A DNA stretch of 64,000 bases, taken from positions 1 to 64,000 of the forward strand of contig CAWKDB010000010.1 of assembly GCA_963848295.1 (NCBI GenBank), given 5' to 3'. The position numbers and the translations under genes are program-made. This document shows positions 60,163 through 64,000 of this stretch, piece by piece; position 1 is the stretch's first letter, and every line of letters starts with the position of its first letter. Source of the stretch: an uncultured delta proteobacterium (GTDB lineage Bacteria > Myxococcota_A > Polyangia > Haliangiales > Haliangiaceae). Below the pieces are notes generated by a model. The model did not search any database. It saw only the letters and a program-made list of their open reading frames with translations, and was not told where the DNA came from.

Positions 60163-62541
60163 ATGAGCGAGGGTCAATCGCGCACCGCCGTGCGCCGGAT
60201 GTTGCGACACGCACGGCTGTGGATCTGGGTCGCGCTGACCACCGCGGTCGCCCTCGGGCTCGGCCGGGTGCCGCTGTTCGGGACGCTCGGCTACGAGCTC
60301 GCGCTGGCGTCGTGCGTGCTCGCGATGATCGGCGGGCTCGATCTGGGCGCGGCGCTCGCGCGCGAGCTGCAACGCATGCCGGCCGTCGGCATCGCACGCG
60401 CGACGTATCCCGGGCGTAGCCTCGCGCGGTCGACGGCCGTCGCCGCCGGGCTCGCGGTCGCGGTCGCGGCGATCCCCGGCGTGATCGCGGCAGTGCGCGG
60501 GCTGTGGCTGACGACGTGCGACTGGACGTTCGGCTTGGAGTGTTACATCGCGATGCCGCTCGCGACCGCGGCGCTCGCCGGGGCACTCGGCCACATCATC
60601 GGCGTCGCGGTCGGGCCGCGGCGGTTCTGGTGTGCCGCGCTCGCGCAGCTGCCGTGGCTCCTCATCGGCGCGCATGCGCTGTGGTGGTTCTACGTGACGC
60701 CTCCGGTGTTCAGCTACAACGCGGTGCTCGGGTATTTTCCGGGCAACATCTACGACGAAAACCTGCAGCTGACCGCCGCGCTCGTGTGGTCGCGGCTCGA
60801 GCAGCTCGCGTGGCTGGTCGCGCTCGCCGCGCTCGTCGCGAATCGGCTCGACGTCGCGTCGTTCCGGCTCGTGTGGCGCGGGCCGCGGCCGTACGGCCGG
60901 CGGGTGTTGCCGCTCGTCGTCGCCGCGCTCGCCACCGCCGGCGCGGTGACGTTACGCTGGAACGGCGGCGCGCTCGGCTACGCGATCGACGGCGACGACG
61001 TCGCGGAGGCGCTCGGCGGCCGGTACGAGACCGCGCACTTCGTGATCCACTACGCGAAGACCAAGGCGATCGACGACGAGATCGAGCTGATCGCCGAGGA
61101 TCACGAGCTGCGGTACGCACAGGTCGTGGCGCAGCTCGGCGTCGAGCCCGATGGCAAGATCGAGTCGTATTACTTCGCCGACAACGATCAGAAGGCGCGG
61201 TGGTTCGGGCCGAAGAACGTCGACATGGCCAAGCCGTGGCAGCGCGCGATCTTCATCGACCATCGCGCGTTTCCGCATCCGACGCTGCGCCACGAGATCG
61301 CGCACGCCGTCGCCAGCGAGTTCGGCGATCCATGGTTCGGCGTGTCTGCTCGGCGCGTGCTCGGCATGCCCTTGCTCGTCAATCCCGGGTTGATCGAAGG
61401 GCTCGCGGTCGCGGTCGACTGGCCGGGCGACTACGACCGGATGACGCCGCACGAAGCGGTGCGCGCCCTCGAGGCGATGGGCAGCACGCCGGACGTGAGC
61501 GAGCTGATGTCGCTGCGGTTCCTCGAGGTGTCGGCGAGCCGCAGCTACATGACCGCCGGCTCGTTCCTGCGGTACTTGCTCGAGCACTACGGCGCGGCTC
61601 GGCTGCGCGCGCTCTATCACAACGGCGGCGATTTCCTGGCGGCGTACGGCGAGTCGTTCGCGCAGCTCGAGGACGCGTGGCGCGCGATGATCGAGACGAT
61701 CGCGGTGCCGCCCGAGGCGATCGAGGCGTCGCGCGAACGGTTTCGCGCCGGCTCGGTGTTCTCTCGACCATGTCCGCACGCGACCGCGGCGCGACGCGAA
61801 CGCGCCGACGAAGACTTCCTCGCCGGGCATCGCGAGCGCGCGATCATGCTGATGCGCGAGAACTGCAGCGAACAGCCGGAAGAGCCGCAACACCGGATCC
61901 ACCTCGGCGAGATGCTGTCGGCCGGCGACGCGAGCGAACGCGCCGAGGCGCTGCGGTTGTGGACCGCGATCGCCGACGACGCGGCCGGCGCGACGTCGAC
62001 CGTGCGCGTCGATGCGTTCGATCACCTGATCCGCACCGCCGCCCAGGCCGGCGACCTCACGCGCACCGCAGCGCTGCTCGCTCGCGCGTCCGAGCTACCG
62101 GTCGAGGGTCAGCGCGCGCGCACGGTCGAGGCCGAGCGGTTCGCGCTCGATCACACCGGGCCTGCACGGGCCGCCCTCGTCGCCTACTTCTTTGCGGGTC
62201 GCGTGCTCGATCCGCAGCTCGCCGCGTGGCTCGCGACGGTCGCCGAGCCCGATCTCGGCCTCGGCCACTATCTGCTCGGGCTTCGCCGCGACGGTGCGAG
62301 CGATTGGAGCGGCGCCGCGACCGAGCTCGACCGCGGGCTGACGCTCGGCCTGCCCGGCCCGCTGTTCGTCAAGAACGCGGCGCGCCAGCTCGCGATCACG
62401 GCGTACCGCGCTCACCGCACCGAGCTCGTCGAGCACGCGATCACCGCGCTGCGCGAGTCGCCCGGCATGGGCATCGTCGACGGCTTGCTAGCGACGGATT
62501 GGGAGCAGCGGCTGACGTTCGACCGAACCGGGCATCTCTGA
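60163..62541 (+). CDS. Membrane protein with a gluzincin-like (peptidase MA) domain
   Basis: About 7 N-terminal TM helices; ETAHFVIHY, LRHEIAH, LIEGLA and SY..AGSF; helical C-terminus. Confidence 0.75.
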   Translation: MSEGQSRTAVRRMLRHARLWIWVALTTAVALGLGRVPLFGTLGYELALASCVLAMIGGLDLGAALARELQRMPAVGIARATYPGRSLARSTAVAAGLAVAVAAIPGVIAAVRGLWLTTCDWTFGLECYIAMPLATAALAGALGHIIGVAVGPRRFWCAALAQLPWLLIGAHALWWFYVTPPVFSYNAVLGYFPGNIYDENLQLTAALVWSRLEQLAWLVALAALVANRLDVASFRLVWRGPRPYGRRVLPLVVAALATAGAVTLRWNGGALGYAIDGDDVAEALGGRYETAHFVIHYAKTKAIDDEIELIAEDHELRYAQVVAQLGVEPDGKIESYYFADNDQKARWFGPKNVDMAKPWQRAIFIDHRAFPHPTLRHEIAHAVASEFGDPWFGVSARRVLGMPLLVNPGLIEGLAVAVDWPGDYDRMTPHEAVRALEAMGSTPDVSELMSLRFLEVSASRSYMTAGSFLRYLLEHYGAARLRALYHNGGDFLAAYGESFAQLEDAWRAMIETIAVPPEAIEASRERFRAGSVFSRPCPHATAARRERADEDFLAGHRERAIMLMRENCSEQPEEPQHRIHLGEMLSAGDASERAEALRLWTAIADDAAGATSTVRVDAFDHLIRTAAQAGDLTRTAALLARASELPVEGQRARTVEAERFALDHTGPARAALVAYFFAGRVLDPQLAAWLATVAEPDLGLGHYLLGLRRDGASDWSGAATELDRGLTLGLPGPLFVKNAARQLAITAYRAHRTELVEHAITALRESPGMGIVDGLLATDWEQRLTFDRTGHL

Positions 62542-62543
62542 CG

Positions 62544-63026
62544 CTACATTCCGGACAGCATCAGCCAGCGATGCCCGTCCCACTCCCACGCGAGCTGATT
62601 CTGATCGCGCTTGTCGGGGCGAATCGGCTTACCGAGCGCGTTCGTCAACGTGAAGCTCGCATCGATCAGCACGTCGACCTGGGCGCGGCATCCGGGCTTG
62701 AGCTCGACGCACGATTGGTGGACCGCGACGTACCGCATCGAGTAGCGGATGTCGCTCGCCTTTTGGAACCGCGAGTCGAGGACGTTGCGCAGGCCGTCGT
62801 AGCCATAGTCGTCACTGCCCGACGGTGTCCCCGAGTCTTCCCAGTACTGCTTGTGCGCCATCAGCATCAGCGCATCGATGTCGCCGCGCTCGACCGCGAG
62901 GCGATATTCCTCGCAGGCATCGAGCACCGACTTGTTCTCCGAAGAGAACGGGATGCGTGTCCCTGGAACGTAGTGAACCGGAGCGGCGCACGCGCACATC
63001 AATAAGAGGACAACCAACCGCTTCAT
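62544..63026 (-). CDS. NTF2-like lipoprotein
   Basis: MCAC lipobox; EEYRLAVERGDIDALM, YWED and W.MLSGM. Confidence 0.75.
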   Translation of the reverse strand: MKRLVVLLLMCACAAPVHYVPGTRIPFSSENKSVLDACEEYRLAVERGDIDALMLMAHKQYWEDSGTPSGSDDYGYDGLRNVLDSRFQKASDIRYSMRYVAVHQSCVELKPGCRAQVDVLIDASFTLTNALGKPIRPDKRDQNQLAWEWDGHRWLMLSGM

Positions 63027-63068
63027 TCGCGAGGAGCACCTTTGCAGAACACGCGCCAGCGCGGGACG

Positions 63069-64000
63069 CTACACCGCGGCCGTAAGTTCGCCAAGCGCTT
63101 GGCCCTGCCATGCGTGCGTACGCGCCAGAAAGGCACGGAAGTCCTTCTCGGGGTTCGCGACCCTTGCCAAATAGACATCCGTGATTCGCGTGATCGTAAA
63201 TCGCAGGGCGGCGGCTCGCAGCTCGATCGGCAGCGCGGCGCGATCGGCCTCGGTCAGCGCCCTCACCGATTGATAGCCGGCGATCAGCGCCGCCGCGAGA
63301 TCGATGCGCGGCCGATCGGTCCAGCACCAATCGTTGATCGCGACCGCGAGATCGTAGACGAGGCTGCCGCCCGACGCCTGCTCGAAGTCGAGCACCGCGG
63401 TGATCGCGCCGTCCTGCCACAGCACGTTGTCGCGAAACAGATCGCCGTGGATCATGCCGAACGCGGCGCGCCGGCGCACGGACGACGAGCTCTCGCAGTA
63501 CGCGAGCTCGTCGCCGATCGTCGCGATCGCGTCGGCGAGCGCAGGATCGTCCCGGTCCGCGAAGCGATCGTAGCGCGCGACGAGGTGCGCGTGATCGTAG
63601 ATGCTGCCGCGACGCCACGCGGGCGGTAGCTCGAGCCCGATGCGATGGAGCTCGCCGAGCGTCGCGCCGAACGCCTGGGCGATCGCCTCGGTGATCTCGC
63701 CCGCCGCGAGGTGACCTCCGGCTCGCCACGGGAAGATGCTGACCCACTTGCCGAGCGCACCGGCGAGCGGAGCATAGGGCCGCCCGTCGCGCGCGATCAG
63801 TGGCGGCGGGGTCACGAACCCACTGGCGGCGAGCGCGGTGACCAGCCGGGCCTCCCACGCGACATCGACCTCGGCCTTGCCCTCGTTGACCCGCGCGAAG
63901 TAGCGACCGCGATCGGTCGTCACGTCGAAGTTGGTGTTGATCGTGCCCGCCGCGATCGCTCGGTGCCCGCAGATCGAGCCCAGGTCGAACGCCTCGCCGA
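63069..64000 (-). CDS. thrB: Homoserine kinase type II (APH fold; start lies outside the window)
   Basis: GTINTNF, IHGDLFRDN, LDFE, DLAVAINDWC and AALRF. Confidence 0.85.
   Translation of the reverse strand, partial: GEAFDLGSICGHRAIAAGTINTNFDVTTDRGRYFARVNEGKAEVDVAWEARLVTALAASGFVTPPPLIARDGRPYAPLAGALGKWVSIFPWRAGGHLAAGEITEAIAQAFGATLGELHRIGLELPPAWRRGSIYDHAHLVARYDRFADRDDPALADAIATIGDELAYCESSSSVRRRAAFGMIHGDLFRDNVLWQDGAITAVLDFEQASGGSLVYDLAVAINDWCWTDRPRIDLAAALIAGYQSVRALTEADRAALPIELRAAALRFTITRITDVYLARVANPEKDFRAFLARTHAWQGQALGELTAAV

Overview
High-GC (about 70% by eye) bacterial DNA, most likely Myxococcota (Kofleriaceae/Haliangiales-like). This rests on a TIGR02266-type PilZ protein, an AgmK-like giant TPR protein, myxobacterial Cys-rich repeats and many lipoproteins with DA/DG linkers. 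1-43 kb: DUF2167, a SAM methyltransferase, an alpha-2-macroglobulin/pbpC operon, a vWA lipoprotein, a carboxylesterase, a coupled CxxCH/DUF1501 operon, a dense run of uncharacterised lipoproteins interrupted by an intact IS30, a long-form RluA, GST, a DUF6311 membrane protein, a DUF1906 hydrolase and a TPR protein. 43-59 kb is a layered mobile region. Its core is a ~9.8-kb island integrated at the anticodon loop of tRNA-Ala(UGC), with att copies at 48956-49002 and 58704-58746 and tandem GGTGGGCAAA arm-type sites at both ends. It carries a tyrosine integrase, an excisionase, a candidate novel Phd-like antitoxin/unknown-protein pair, two back-to-back broken IS91/ISCR rolling-circle transposases with two oriIS-like ends, and an intact 2.3-kb DDE IS. 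A 125-bp relic of a sister integrase 5 kb further out suggests an older tandem island. The window ends with pssA, PilZ, a membrane HExxH protein and homoserine kinase. About eight genes carry single-base frameshifts in short homopolymers, probably long-read errors. All family calls come from motif recognition, not database searches.
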